Positions 9,272-18,022 of a DNA stretch of 64,000 nt are shown one piece after another. Made by a program: the position numbers and the translations under genes. The notes below the pieces were generated by a model, which ran no database searches, was not told the DNA's origin, and saw nothing but the letters and a program-made list of their open reading frames with translations. The stretch is from Candidatus Binataceae bacterium (GTDB taxonomy: Bacteria; Desulfobacterota; Binatia; Binatales; Binataceae), in assembly GCA_035531675.1 (NCBI GenBank), contig DATKSL010000008.1, forward strand, positions 1,982-65,981. The letters run 5' to 3'. Numbering within the stretch: position 1 is the first letter of the stretch; every line of letters begins with the position of its first letter.

Positions 9272-9586
9272 ATGAAACTTTTTGTACCAATAATGGCAAC
9301 CGCTGCTCTCGCCGTCTGTGTCGGTGCAAGTGGACTCGCATGGTCGCAAACGACCGAAAACTCGAGTTCTCAAACCACCACGACCAGCGCAATGGCGCCT
9401 GCAGCCGTGACGAAAAAGACCACTACGGTTACCGCTCCCGCCACGACCAGTGAGACCACCACCAGCACTGCCAATATGCCCGCTCAGCCCTCAATGGCGG
9501 AGGAAAACCACACTGACAGCACTACTTACGGGCCGCTGGGTAATAAGACTGTGACCCATGACAGCTCGACGACTAACAGTCCGTGA
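9272..9586 (+). CDS. secreted Thr/Ser-rich low-complexity peptide
   Basis: GGAGG 7 nt upstream of the ATG. Signal peptide MKLFVPIMATAALAVCVGASGLAWSQ, followed by T/S/A-rich sequence. Third-position A/T usage differs visibly from neighbouring genes. Confidence 0.5.
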   Translation: MKLFVPIMATAALAVCVGASGLAWSQTTENSSSQTTTTSAMAPAAVTKKTTTVTAPATTSETTTSTANMPAQPSMAEENHTDSTTYGPLGNKTVTHDSSTTNSP

Positions 9587-9729
9587 GCTAAAGGGCTGAG
9601 AGTATTTGACTATTCGAAAAGTGGTGAACTGAGCAAAGATGCATCAATAGTCATTCGACCGTCATCATTTACATTGATGATTTGAAACTCCCTCACGAGG
9701 CGGAACCGGAGCCCTGCACGCTTTCTTAT

Positions 9730-9755
9730 CCCCTCCCCCGGATTGGGGGGAGGGG
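9730..9755. repeat. perfect 10-bp G/C palindrome (CCCCTCCCCC-GGATTG-GGGGGAGGGG), REP-like
   Basis: Read directly from the sequence. The G-rich arm extends into four G-runs (9745-9767). Confidence 0.7.
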
Positions 9756-10043
9756 CAGGGTTGGGGGTAGGACCCTCATCAGCGGCGCGCAGATGGCGGC
9801 GCGCACCGCGTCTGCTGACAGAGGGACCGCAGCAACAGCTACGCGGCACCCCGAAAATCGGCGCCGCCACCGACCTCCTTGCTCGGCGCGAGGGTTAGAT
9901 CGCTCTGCTCCGCTCGAGAGGCCTTCTATCGAGTAGCAAGTGGTCGGCACGCCTGCGTTTGACATCCCATCCCCGGTTCGTCTCTGATACCATTCCGGTA
10001 GGGAACCGTCCCGAGCGAAGCGTCCATCGAGGAGAAGCGAACC

Positions 10044-11102
10044 ATGCGAGAGCAGCCCAAGCGCACACCCGAACGCGAGGCCTATTACGCCCGCATCCGG
10101 AACAAAAACCTGACCCCGTTGTGGGAGGTCCTCAAGGGCATCCAGACCAACGAGCCCAAGCCGCACGAGTTGCCGACGCTGTGGAAATACGACCAGGACG
10201 TGAAGCCGGCGTTGATGGAGTCGGGCTCGGTGATCTCGGCGCGCGAGGCCGACCGCCGCGTGCTGATCCTCGAGAATCCCGGCCTGCGCGACTACTTCTT
10301 CCCCTGTATCACCCACTCGCTGTTCGCCGGACTGCAGATGATCATGCCGGGCGAGGTCGCCCCCAGCCATCGCCACACCCAGGGCGCGCTGCGCTTCATC
10401 ATCGAGGGCGAAGGCGCCTACACCGCGGTCAACGGCGAGAAGACCACCATGCGGCCCGGCGATTTCGTGATCACGCCGAGCTGGACCTGGCACGACCATG
10501 GCAACGAGACCGACCAGCCGATGGTATGGCTCGACGGCCTCGATATCCCGATCGTCGACATGCTCAACTGCAGCTTCTTCGAGCCCTACCCCGAGGACCA
10601 GTTTCCGATCGACCGGCCCGAGGGCGATTCCGAGGCCCGCTGGGCGACCGGGATGGTGCCCGACGGTCATCAGCATCGCGTCCCCACCAGCCCGATCCTC
10701 AACTACAGCTACACCCGCACGCGCGAGGCGCTGGAGCGGATGGCGGCGCGCGGCGACTACGACGATTGTCACGGGCTCAAGATGAACTATATCAACCCGG
10801 TCACCGGCGAGTGGGCGATGCCGACCATCGGCACCTCGATGCGGCTGCTGCCCAAGGGCTTTTCCGGGACGCCGTTTCGCTCGACCGACGGCACGGTTTA
10901 CGTGGTATGCGAGGGCGAGGGGCGCACGGTGGTCAACGGCACCAGCTTCGAATGGGGTCCGCGCGATGTTTTCGTGGTCCCGACCTGGTGCTGGCATTAC
11001 CATGAGACCAACGGCAACGAGGCGGTGATCTTCAGCTACTCGGACCGCCCGGTGCACGAGAAGCTGGGGCTTTACCGGGAGCAGCGCGGGAAGCGCGCGT
11101 GA
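10044..11102 (+). CDS. gentisate 1,2-dioxygenase (bicupin)
   Basis: 352 aa. The N-terminus (REAYYARIRNKNLTPLWEVL ... LWKY) and the cupin motif PGEVAPSHRHTQGALRFIIEGEGAYT are characteristic of gentisate 1,2-dioxygenases. Confidence 0.85.
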   Translation: MREQPKRTPEREAYYARIRNKNLTPLWEVLKGIQTNEPKPHELPTLWKYDQDVKPALMESGSVISAREADRRVLILENPGLRDYFFPCITHSLFAGLQMIMPGEVAPSHRHTQGALRFIIEGEGAYTAVNGEKTTMRPGDFVITPSWTWHDHGNETDQPMVWLDGLDIPIVDMLNCSFFEPYPEDQFPIDRPEGDSEARWATGMVPDGHQHRVPTSPILNYSYTRTREALERMAARGDYDDCHGLKMNYINPVTGEWAMPTIGTSMRLLPKGFSGTPFRSTDGTVYVVCEGEGRTVVNGTSFEWGPRDVFVVPTWCWHYHETNGNEAVIFSYSDRPVHEKLGLYREQRGKRA

Positions 11103-11536
11103 GCGCAGCGGCGGCGCGGCCGCTGGTGAGCCGGCGGACTTTCCGGGTGCAATGGGGCGAGTGCGACGCGGCGCGGATCGTCTTCTATCCGAACTACTTC
11201 ATATGGTTCGACGAGGCGACCGCCGCGCTGCTGGAGAAGGCCGGGATGTCGCAGCGCATGATGGTCGAGGCGGGCGGCGTGGGAATCCCGCTGGTCGACG
11301 CGCGCGCCAGCTTTATCATTGCGGCCAGCCATGGCGACGACCTCGAGATCGAGAGCTTCGTCGAGCGCTGGGGCAACAAAAGCTTCACCGTCCGGCATCG
11401 AATCTACAAGGACGGCAAGCTGGCGGCCGAGGGCTACGAGACGCGAATCTGGGGGGGGCGCGATCCGGCCGATGAGCGGCGGCTCAAGGCGATGCCGATA
11501 CCGGCAGAGATCAAGGCGCGACTCAGCGAGCCCTAG
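11099..11536 (+). CDS. acyl-CoA thioesterase, 4HBT/YbgC-like hotdog fold
   Basis: 145 aa. FRVQWGECDAARIVFYPNYFIWFDEA is the typical 4HBT/YbgC N-terminal motif. The GTG start overlaps the dioxygenase stop (GTGA). Confidence 0.75.
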   Translation: MSAAAARPLVSRRTFRVQWGECDAARIVFYPNYFIWFDEATAALLEKAGMSQRMMVEAGGVGIPLVDARASFIIAASHGDDLEIESFVERWGNKSFTVRHRIYKDGKLAAEGYETRIWGGRDPADERRLKAMPIPAEIKARLSEP

Positions 11537-11590
11537 CCGCGCGATAGATCAGGAACTTGAAGGCAGGGCGGACCGAATTGGCCCGCGTCG

Positions 11591-11779
11591 TCAGGCGCTC
11601 TTGCTGACCTTGCCGCTGCGGATACATCGGGTGCAGACCAGGATTCGCTGCACACCGCCGCCGATCTTGGCGCGGACCTCCTGCAGATTCGGATTCCAGC
11701 GCCGCTTGGTCTTGTTGTTGGCGTGACTCACGCTATTGCCGACCGACGGCCGTTTGTTGCAGATCGCACAATGTCTCAT
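11591..11779 (-). CDS. rpmB: 50S ribosomal protein L28
   Basis: 62 aa: [33 protein letters not shown]..., ATG at 11777-11779. Confidence 0.9.
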   Translation of the reverse strand: MRHCAICNKRPSVGNSVSHANNKTKRRWNPNLQEVRAKIGGGVQRILVCTRCIRSGKVSKSA

Positions 11780-11793
11780 GGTTGAACCAGCTT

Positions 11794-11823
11794 CCCGGAG
11801 ATAACGCCCCCGGAGATAACGCC
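11794..11823. repeat. perfect 15-bp tandem duplication (CCCGGAGATAACGCC x2) in the rpmB upstream leader
   Basis: Read directly: 11794-11808 is identical to 11809-11823. Confidence 0.85.
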
Positions 11824-11897
11824 CAAGGATAGCGATATCGGTCGCGCGATCAAAGGGCCCGGGCTCATTCGGTAGCAGCGCTTCCTGCGCCGGAGCC

Positions 11898-12833
11898 GTG
11901 TATGATTGCGGCATGCGGCGGCAAATCAACGACTTTGCCAAACGCGTGTTGTTTCGTGTTCACCGCCTCGGCCTGCGGGCTGGGATCATCGTCACGCCGG
12001 TGCACTATTACGGCGCGATGCCCAACCTGCTCGAACTCGAGCGGACGCGCGACCGCTGGGCGCAGCGTTCTACCTGGACGGGCGTCGGACTCGATGCGAA
12101 CGCACAGGCCGAGCAGCTCGCACAGATCTGCGCGCCTTTCGAAGCCGAATATCGTGGCAATCAGGTCTATCTCGATGCCTGCCGCTCCGACAGCGGTCCG
12201 GGCTTCGGCTACCTCGAAGCCCAAGCGCTTTACGGCGCGATTCGCCACTTCCGGCCGCCCCAGATTATCGAGGTCGGCTCTGGCGTCTCTACCAAGGTGG
12301 CGCTGGCGGCCATCGCCCGCAACGGCAACGGCAGCCGCGTCACCTGCATTGAACCGCACCCGCGCCCATGGCTGCGAAGCGCCGGCGTTACTCTGATAGA
12401 CAAGCCGGTTCAGGATGTGCCGGTAAGCCTGTTTCGCGAAAAACTCGGCAAGGATTGCTTGCTGTTCATCGATTCTTCGCACGCGGTCAAAACCGGAAGC
12501 GATGTCAACTACCTGATTCTGGAAGTGCTGCCCGCGCTGGCAAGCGGCGTCATCGTGCACCTCCACGACATCTACTTCCCCTACGATTATCCGCGCGACA
12601 CGCTCACCAACTTCCTCGGCAGCACGCAGGAATGCGCGATGCTGCACGCCTTCCTGATCGGCAACGCACGCGTGCGGATTCTCTTTTCGCTGAGCCTGCT
12701 CCACTACGACCGGCCCGAGGTTCTACAGCGCGTGTTTCCGGAATACCGGCCGCAGTCGGGCCGCGACGGATTGCGCGACGAGCACAGCGCTGCCGGCCAC
12801 TTTCCCTCATCGATCTACCTGCAGATGCTGTAG
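11898..12833 (+). CDS. class I SAM-dependent methyltransferase (Methyltransf_24/CmcI-like)
   Basis: 311 aa with the SAM-binding glycine motif [12 protein letters not shown] and an acidic loop (FIDSSH). GTG 11898 or ATG 11913 could be the start. Confidence 0.6.
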   Translation: MYDCGMRRQINDFAKRVLFRVHRLGLRAGIIVTPVHYYGAMPNLLELERTRDRWAQRSTWTGVGLDANAQAEQLAQICAPFEAEYRGNQVYLDACRSDSGPGFGYLEAQALYGAIRHFRPPQIIEVGSGVSTKVALAAIARNGNGSRVTCIEPHPRPWLRSAGVTLIDKPVQDVPVSLFREKLGKDCLLFIDSSHAVKTGSDVNYLILEVLPALASGVIVHLHDIYFPYDYPRDTLTNFLGSTQECAMLHAFLIGNARVRILFSLSLLHYDRPEVLQRVFPEYRPQSGRDGLRDEHSAAGHFPSSIYLQML

Positions 12834-12959
12834 TCAACGGCCGCTGCCCAAACCGCTGGGGGTGCACGCTGCCCCACGCTGCGTACCGGGATGTGGATTG
12901 ATTCGCGGCCCCGACGCTTGAGTAGCCGGTCCGAAAACTCCATTGTGTAGGCAGGCCAC

Positions 12960-14846
12960 ATGGACCAGCGGCTGATTCATATTCTGCCGGAGCAGGTCGC
13001 CAGCCAGATCGCCGCCGGCGAGGTGGTGGAACGGCCCGCCTCCGCCATCAAGGAGCTGGTCGAAAACTCGCTCGACGCCGGCGCGCGCTCGGTAAGCGTC
13101 GAGGTCGAGGGCGGCGGGCAGAGCCTGATCGCGGTCGCCGACGACGGCGCGGGGATGAGCCGCGAGGATGCGATCCTCTCGATTCGCCGCCATGCCACCT
13201 CCAAGATTCGCGACGCCGCCGACCTAAGCGCGATCCGCACGCTGGGTTTTCGCGGCGAGGCACTGGCCGCGATCGCGAGCGTCTCCCGCCTGACACTCCG
13301 GACCCGTCCGGCCGCCGCCGCCCACGCGCTCGAGCTGCGGGTTGACGGCGGCGAGATCGGCGCCGCGAGCGAGTGCGCGCTGGGGCCGGGCACGCGTATC
13401 GAAGTGCGCGAGCTGTTTTTCAATACTCCGGCGCGGCTCAAGTTTCTCAAGACCCGGGCCACCGAGCAGGCCGCGATCGCCGAAACCATCCAGCGCCTGG
13501 CGCTGGCCAACCATGCGATCGCTTTCCGCTTCGCTGCCGACGGCCGCATCGTCTATGAGCTGCCGCGCGCCGGCTCGCTGCTGGAGCGCTTCCGCCAACT
13601 GTTCGGTGAACGGCTGGCGGCCGCGATGCTGCCCTTCGAGCTGCTCCGCGACGGCGCGCGCGTCCACGGCCTCGTGGCGCAAAGTCAGAGCTCCTTTCCG
13701 AGCCCCCGCATGATTTTCAGCTTCGTCAACCGGCGCGCGGTGCGCGATCGGATGCTGATGCGGACGGTCGCCCAGGCCTACCAGACCCTGCTGCCCCGCG
13801 GACGCCATCCGGCGGTCGCGCTGTTCGTCGAGCTGCGCCCCGAACTGGTCGACGTCAACGTCCATCCGATGAAGACCGAGGTCCGCTTTCGCAACTCGGG
13901 CGCGGTCTTCGAGCTCTGCTACCGGGCGTTGCGCGATCGTCTGGCCGATCAGCGCGAGGATACCGCGCGCGCCGCCGTCGGCAGTCTCAACGAGATCGAC
14001 ATCGTCGATCACCTGATGGCGGCCGGCGCCGAAGCGAACTTCGCGCCGGGGTCGGGAGCGGTCGTCGAGCAGACCTCGGCTCCCACGGCCGCGCCCGCCC
14101 AGGACCTTCGCCCGGCCGGCGAACCGCGGGCGCTGCGGCTGGTGCCCGATTCCGCCGCCGCGAGCCGGCCGCAGCAATCGCCGCTCGGACTCGGCTATGG
14201 CGGCGTGCTGCGCGAGGCGTTCGAGCGCGCGACGCCGGCGCCCGGCGATCGTTCGGCAGCCATCCCGCAATACTCAAGTTTGAAAATCCTCGGCCAGTTG
14301 TTCGCCGGCTATATCGTGCTGGAAGGGCCCGACGGCTTCATCCTGGTCGATCAGCATGCCGCCCACGAACGCGTCACCTTCGAGCAGTTGCGCGCCCAGA
14401 TGCGCGCGGGCGGCGTGCGGGTGCAGGCGATGCTGACCCCGGTCACGCTGGAGCTCAACCCGGCGCGTGCCGCATTGATCCAGGCCTCGCTCGCCGAGCT
14501 TGGCGCGCTCGGCTTCGAGCTCGAGGCGTTCGGCCCGGCAACGCTCCTGCTCAAGGGCGCGCCGGCGGTGTTCGGCGCCGAGCGAGGGCTCAGGCTGTTG
14601 TCCGACATGATCGAGAGCCTGGGCGATTCGGGGCTCCGCGCCGGCGGCGCCGAGGGGCTCGAGGAGTGGCTGAAACAGCTCGCCTGCCACGGCTCGATCC
14701 GGGTCGGACGGTCGCTGGAGCGGGCCGAGATCGGCGCCCTGCTGGCGGATCTCGATCGCACCGAGTTCAAGACCAACTGCCCGCACGGCCGCCCGGTCCA
14801 TATCCGCTTCGGCCGCGGCCAGATCGAGCGGATGTTCCGCCGCTAG
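12960..14846 (+). CDS. mutL: DNA mismatch repair endonuclease MutL
   Basis: 628 aa. N-terminus LPEQVASQIAAGEVVERPASAIKELVENSLDAG (GHKL ATPase) and C-terminal endonuclease region (DQHAAHERV). Confidence 0.95.
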   Translation: MDQRLIHILPEQVASQIAAGEVVERPASAIKELVENSLDAGARSVSVEVEGGGQSLIAVADDGAGMSREDAILSIRRHATSKIRDAADLSAIRTLGFRGEALAAIASVSRLTLRTRPAAAAHALELRVDGGEIGAASECALGPGTRIEVRELFFNTPARLKFLKTRATEQAAIAETIQRLALANHAIAFRFAADGRIVYELPRAGSLLERFRQLFGERLAAAMLPFELLRDGARVHGLVAQSQSSFPSPRMIFSFVNRRAVRDRMLMRTVAQAYQTLLPRGRHPAVALFVELRPELVDVNVHPMKTEVRFRNSGAVFELCYRALRDRLADQREDTARAAVGSLNEIDIVDHLMAAGAEANFAPGSGAVVEQTSAPTAAPAQDLRPAGEPRALRLVPDSAAASRPQQSPLGLGYGGVLREAFERATPAPGDRSAAIPQYSSLKILGQLFAGYIVLEGPDGFILVDQHAAHERVTFEQLRAQMRAGGVRVQAMLTPVTLELNPARAALIQASLAELGALGFELEAFGPATLLLKGAPAVFGAERGLRLLSDMIESLGDSGLRAGGAEGLEEWLKQLACHGSIRVGRSLERAEIGALLADLDRTEFKTNCPHGRPVHIRFGRGQIERMFRR

Positions 14847-14847
14847 G

Positions 14848-15852
14848 TTGTGCGTGACTGCATCCCAAGAGAATTTCCGCCCGCGAGTCGGCTTTATCGT
14901 CGGACCGACCGGCTCGGGCAAGTCGGCGCTGGCGATCGAAGTCGCCACGCGGCTCGGAGCGGAAATCGTCAACGCGGATTCCCGGCTGTTCTACCGCGGA
15001 CTCGATATCGGCACTGCCAAGCCCAGCGCTGTGGAGCGCGCCCGCGTGGCCCATCATCTGATCGATATCTGCGCGCCGGACGACGCGATCGACGCCGCCC
15101 GCTTCTCCACCCTGGCGCGCGCCGCGATCGACGAGATCGTGCGGCGCGGGAAGCGTCCGCTGGTGGTCGGCGGCAGCGGACTCTATCTGCGCGCGCTGCA
15201 GCATGGTTTGTGCGATAGCCCGGCGGCCTCGCCCGAGCTGCGGGCGAGCCTCCGGCAGGCGGCGACCGAGCATGGTGCGACCGAGCTGCATCGCGAGTTG
15301 AGCCTGGTCGACCCCGCGGCCGCGGCACGGATTGGATGCCATGACCTGCCGCGTATCGTGCGGGCGCTCGAAGTCTTTCGGCTGACCGGCGAGCGGCTGA
15401 GCGATCGTCAACGCCGGCACGGATTTTCGGCGCGCCGTTACGACTCGCTGACCATCGGCCTGACGCTCGATCGCGCCGCGCTCTACCGGAGAATCGATGA
15501 ACGCTTCGCTGCGATGCTGGCCGCGGGGCTGGTCGACGAGGTCCGCACGCTGATCGGCGCCGGCTATCGTCCCGACCGCCCGCCGCTCAGCACTATCGGC
15601 TACCGCGAGCTGGCGGCCCATCTGCGCGGCGAGCTGACGATGGCGGCGGCGGCCGACGCGGCCCGGCGCGAGAGCCGGCGGCTGGCCAAGCGCCAGCTCA
15701 CCTGGTTTCGGCGCGATCCGGAAATCTTATGGCTCGACGCCGCGCGCGCCGGCGAGCGGGCACTGACCGAGCGGGCACTGACGATGTTCACCGAGTTTTT
15801 CGATCGCCGCGCCGAGTCGCGGGGCGCGCCACAACATCATGCGGCCGGCTGA
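14848..15852 (+). CDS. miaA: tRNA dimethylallyltransferase
   Basis: P-loop GPTGSGKSALA, then NADSRLFYRGLDIGTAKP and IGYRE motifs. TTG start 1 nt after the mutL stop. Confidence 0.9.
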   Translation: MCVTASQENFRPRVGFIVGPTGSGKSALAIEVATRLGAEIVNADSRLFYRGLDIGTAKPSAVERARVAHHLIDICAPDDAIDAARFSTLARAAIDEIVRRGKRPLVVGGSGLYLRALQHGLCDSPAASPELRASLRQAATEHGATELHRELSLVDPAAAARIGCHDLPRIVRALEVFRLTGERLSDRQRRHGFSARRYDSLTIGLTLDRAALYRRIDERFAAMLAAGLVDEVRTLIGAGYRPDRPPLSTIGYRELAAHLRGELTMAAAADAARRESRRLAKRQLTWFRRDPEILWLDAARAGERALTERALTMFTEFFDRRAESRGAPQHHAAG

Positions 15853-16846
15853 TAAGCGACCGCCCGGAGCGAGCGTGGAATTTCCACAGCCTGATATCGA
15901 AGCGCAGATCGAAGGGCTCCAGAGCCGGCTCGAGGCGGCGCACTCGGCACGCGAACGGGCGGCGTTGAGCGCCGAGCGGCGGCGGCTCGAAGGCAAGTGG
16001 GCGGCGAGCCTGAGCGCTATCGAGCGGGTCCGGATGGCGCGTAATCCGGCCCGTCCGCAGACCCTCGACTACGCGGAATATCTGCTCAGCGAGTTCATCG
16101 AAATTCACGGCGATCGGCGCTTTGCCGACGACGGCGCGATCGTCGCCGGGCTCGGCTACTTTCTGAAGCGTCCGGTCGCGATCGTGGGCCATCAGCGCGG
16201 CCGTTCCACCCGTGAGCGGCTGGAGCGCAACTTCGGCAAGCCGCGTCCCGAGGGTTATCGCAAGGCGGCACGGCTTTACGAACTGGCCGACCGCTTCGGC
16301 CTGCCGCTTATCACTTTCGTCGATACCCAGGGCGCGGACCCCGGGGTCGGCGCCGAGGAGCGCGGGCAGGCCGAGGCGATCGCCCGCAACCTCGAGCTGA
16401 TGGGCCGGCTTACGGTGCCGGTAATCAGCTGCGTGATCGGCGAGGGCGGCTCCGGCGGCGCGCTGGCGCTGGGCGTCGCCAACGTGATCCTGATGCAGGA
16501 GTACGCTTCGTACTCGGTGATTACGCCGGAAGGATGCGCGGCGATTCTGTGGCGGGCGGCGGGACCGGAGAAGGTCGCGGTGGCGGCCGCGGCGCTCAAG
16601 CTCTCGGCCCCCGACCTGCTGGCCGCCGGCGTTATCGATCAGATCGTGCCGGAGCCGGCCGGCGGTGCGCATCGCGATCCCGCCGCGGCGGCGAAGGCTT
16701 TGGGCGCGGTCCTGCGCCAGCATCTCGGGCGCCTGCTCAAGCTCGGCGCGGCGGATTTGCGCAAGCATCGCGAGCGCAAGTTCGGCGCGATCGGCAACGG
16801 CTTCATCGCCCGCCGCGCGGTTGCATCAGACCGCCCGATCGAATAG
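15839..16846 (+). CDS. accA: acetyl-CoA carboxylase carboxyltransferase subunit alpha
   Basis: 335 aa with ARNPARPQTLDY, FVDTQGADPGVGAEERGQAEAIARNL and GEGGSGGALA motifs. Confidence 0.9.
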   Translation: MRPADKRPPGASVEFPQPDIEAQIEGLQSRLEAAHSARERAALSAERRRLEGKWAASLSAIERVRMARNPARPQTLDYAEYLLSEFIEIHGDRRFADDGAIVAGLGYFLKRPVAIVGHQRGRSTRERLERNFGKPRPEGYRKAARLYELADRFGLPLITFVDTQGADPGVGAEERGQAEAIARNLELMGRLTVPVISCVIGEGGSGGALALGVANVILMQEYASYSVITPEGCAAILWRAAGPEKVAVAAAALKLSAPDLLAAGVIDQIVPEPAGGAHRDPAAAAKALGAVLRQHLGRLLKLGAADLRKHRERKFGAIGNGFIARRAVASDRPIE

Positions 16847-16848
16847 CG

Positions 16849-17976
16849 ATGGGCTCCGCCATGCGCGCCGCGAAGCCGAAGAAACCCCCGGCGCCCGCCG
16901 TCTCGATCGAGCATCTCAGGGCGCGAATCGACCAGCTCAATCGCGAACTCGTGCGCCTGGTCTCGGAACGCGCCGAGGTCGCGCGTGCGATCGGACGGCT
17001 CAAGCCGCCCGATCCCGGCGCGGTCTACCAGCCGGCGCGCGAGCGCCAGGTGCTGGACCAGGTCGCGGCGCTCAACCCGGGACCGCTCGGCGCCGAGCAA
17101 CTGCGCCGGATCTTCATCGAGATAATCTCGGCCTGCCGCGCCCTCGAGCATCCCATCCGGGTCGCCTTCCTGGGCCCCGCGCATACCTATTCGCACGAGG
17201 CGACGCGCGAGCATTTCGGCTCCAGCGTGGAGTTCGATCCGCAGCCCACCATCGCGGCGGTGTTCAACGCGCTGGAAACCGACCGGGCGGATTTCAGCGT
17301 GGTACCGGTCGAGAATTCGACCGACGGCTCGGTGACGCTCACGCTCGACCTGCTGATCGACACGCCGCTGGTGATTATCGGCGAGATTCTGATTCCGATT
17401 CGGCACGCGCTGATGTCGCGCGACGGCGAGCGCGAGGCGATCCGCAAAATCGTTGCCCATCAGCAATCGCTCGGTCAGTGCCGCGCCTATCTGGCGGCGA
17501 ATTTCCCGCACTGCGAGATCGAAGCGATGGTCTCGAACGCGGCCGCCGCGCAACGCGCCGCCACCGAGCCGGCGCTGGCCGCGATCGCCTCGTGCGCGGC
17601 GGGCGAGGCCTACGGGCTCAAGCTTATCGCCGAGAATATTCAGGACCAGTCGCACAACACCACGCGCTTCCTGGTGATGGGCAAGAATCCGGCCGCGCCG
17701 AGCGGCACCGACAAGACCACGGTGCTGTTCGCGGTGCGCGACAAGGTCGGCGCGCTGCACGAGGTGCTGAGCCTGTTCGCCCGCGCCCGCATCAATATCA
17801 CCAAGATCGAATCGCGCCCGCTGCGTTCGCGGCCGTGGGAGTACCTGTTCTTCATCGATCTCGGCGGCCATCGCGCCGACCCGCGGGTGCGCCGCGCGCT
17901 CACGGCGCTGGCACGGGTAACTCTTTTTTCCAAGGTGCTGGGATCGTATCCTGAAGCCAGACTGAGCGGCGCTTAG
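16849..17976 (+). CDS. pheA: bifunctional chorismate mutase / prephenate dehydratase (P-protein)
   Basis: CM domain (LRARIDQLNRELVRLVSERAEVARAIGRLK), PDT domain (VAFLGPAHTYSHEA) and ACT domain (TRFLV...ESRP). ATG at 16849. The track start at 16534 is an Arg/Gly-rich extension inside accA. Confidence 0.9.
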   Translation: MGSAMRAAKPKKPPAPAVSIEHLRARIDQLNRELVRLVSERAEVARAIGRLKPPDPGAVYQPARERQVLDQVAALNPGPLGAEQLRRIFIEIISACRALEHPIRVAFLGPAHTYSHEATREHFGSSVEFDPQPTIAAVFNALETDRADFSVVPVENSTDGSVTLTLDLLIDTPLVIIGEILIPIRHALMSRDGEREAIRKIVAHQQSLGQCRAYLAANFPHCEIEAMVSNAAAAQRAATEPALAAIASCAAGEAYGLKLIAENIQDQSHNTTRFLVMGKNPAAPSGTDKTTVLFAVRDKVGALHEVLSLFARARINITKIESRPLRSRPWEYLFFIDLGGHRADPRVRRALTALARVTLFSKVLGSYPEARLSGA

Positions 17977-18022
17977 CCGCCAGGAAGGAAAAGTCGGGCG
18001 GCGCCGAGCCGCCGGAGTCCCC

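Noticed and set aside
9726-11057. 443-aa minus-strand ORF and several plus-strand alternates across the dioxygenase locus.
   Set aside because: It is antisense or out of frame relative to a clearly conserved gentisate 1,2-dioxygenase. Its composition is dominated by R/A/G/H/D runs and it has no start context.
16534-16848. Long N-terminal extensions offered by the track for pheA (16534), exbD (to 4570), pheS (to 58673), ACAD (to 42490), gltB (to 38202), lrp (to 38827), tatA (to 47325), rpmI (to 59209), ybjQ (from 43284) and the AI-2E permease (from 61816).
   Set aside because: The extensions are Arg/Pro/Gly-rich and overlap the preceding gene or the tRNA. Internal ATGs give proteins beginning at the conserved family N-termini.
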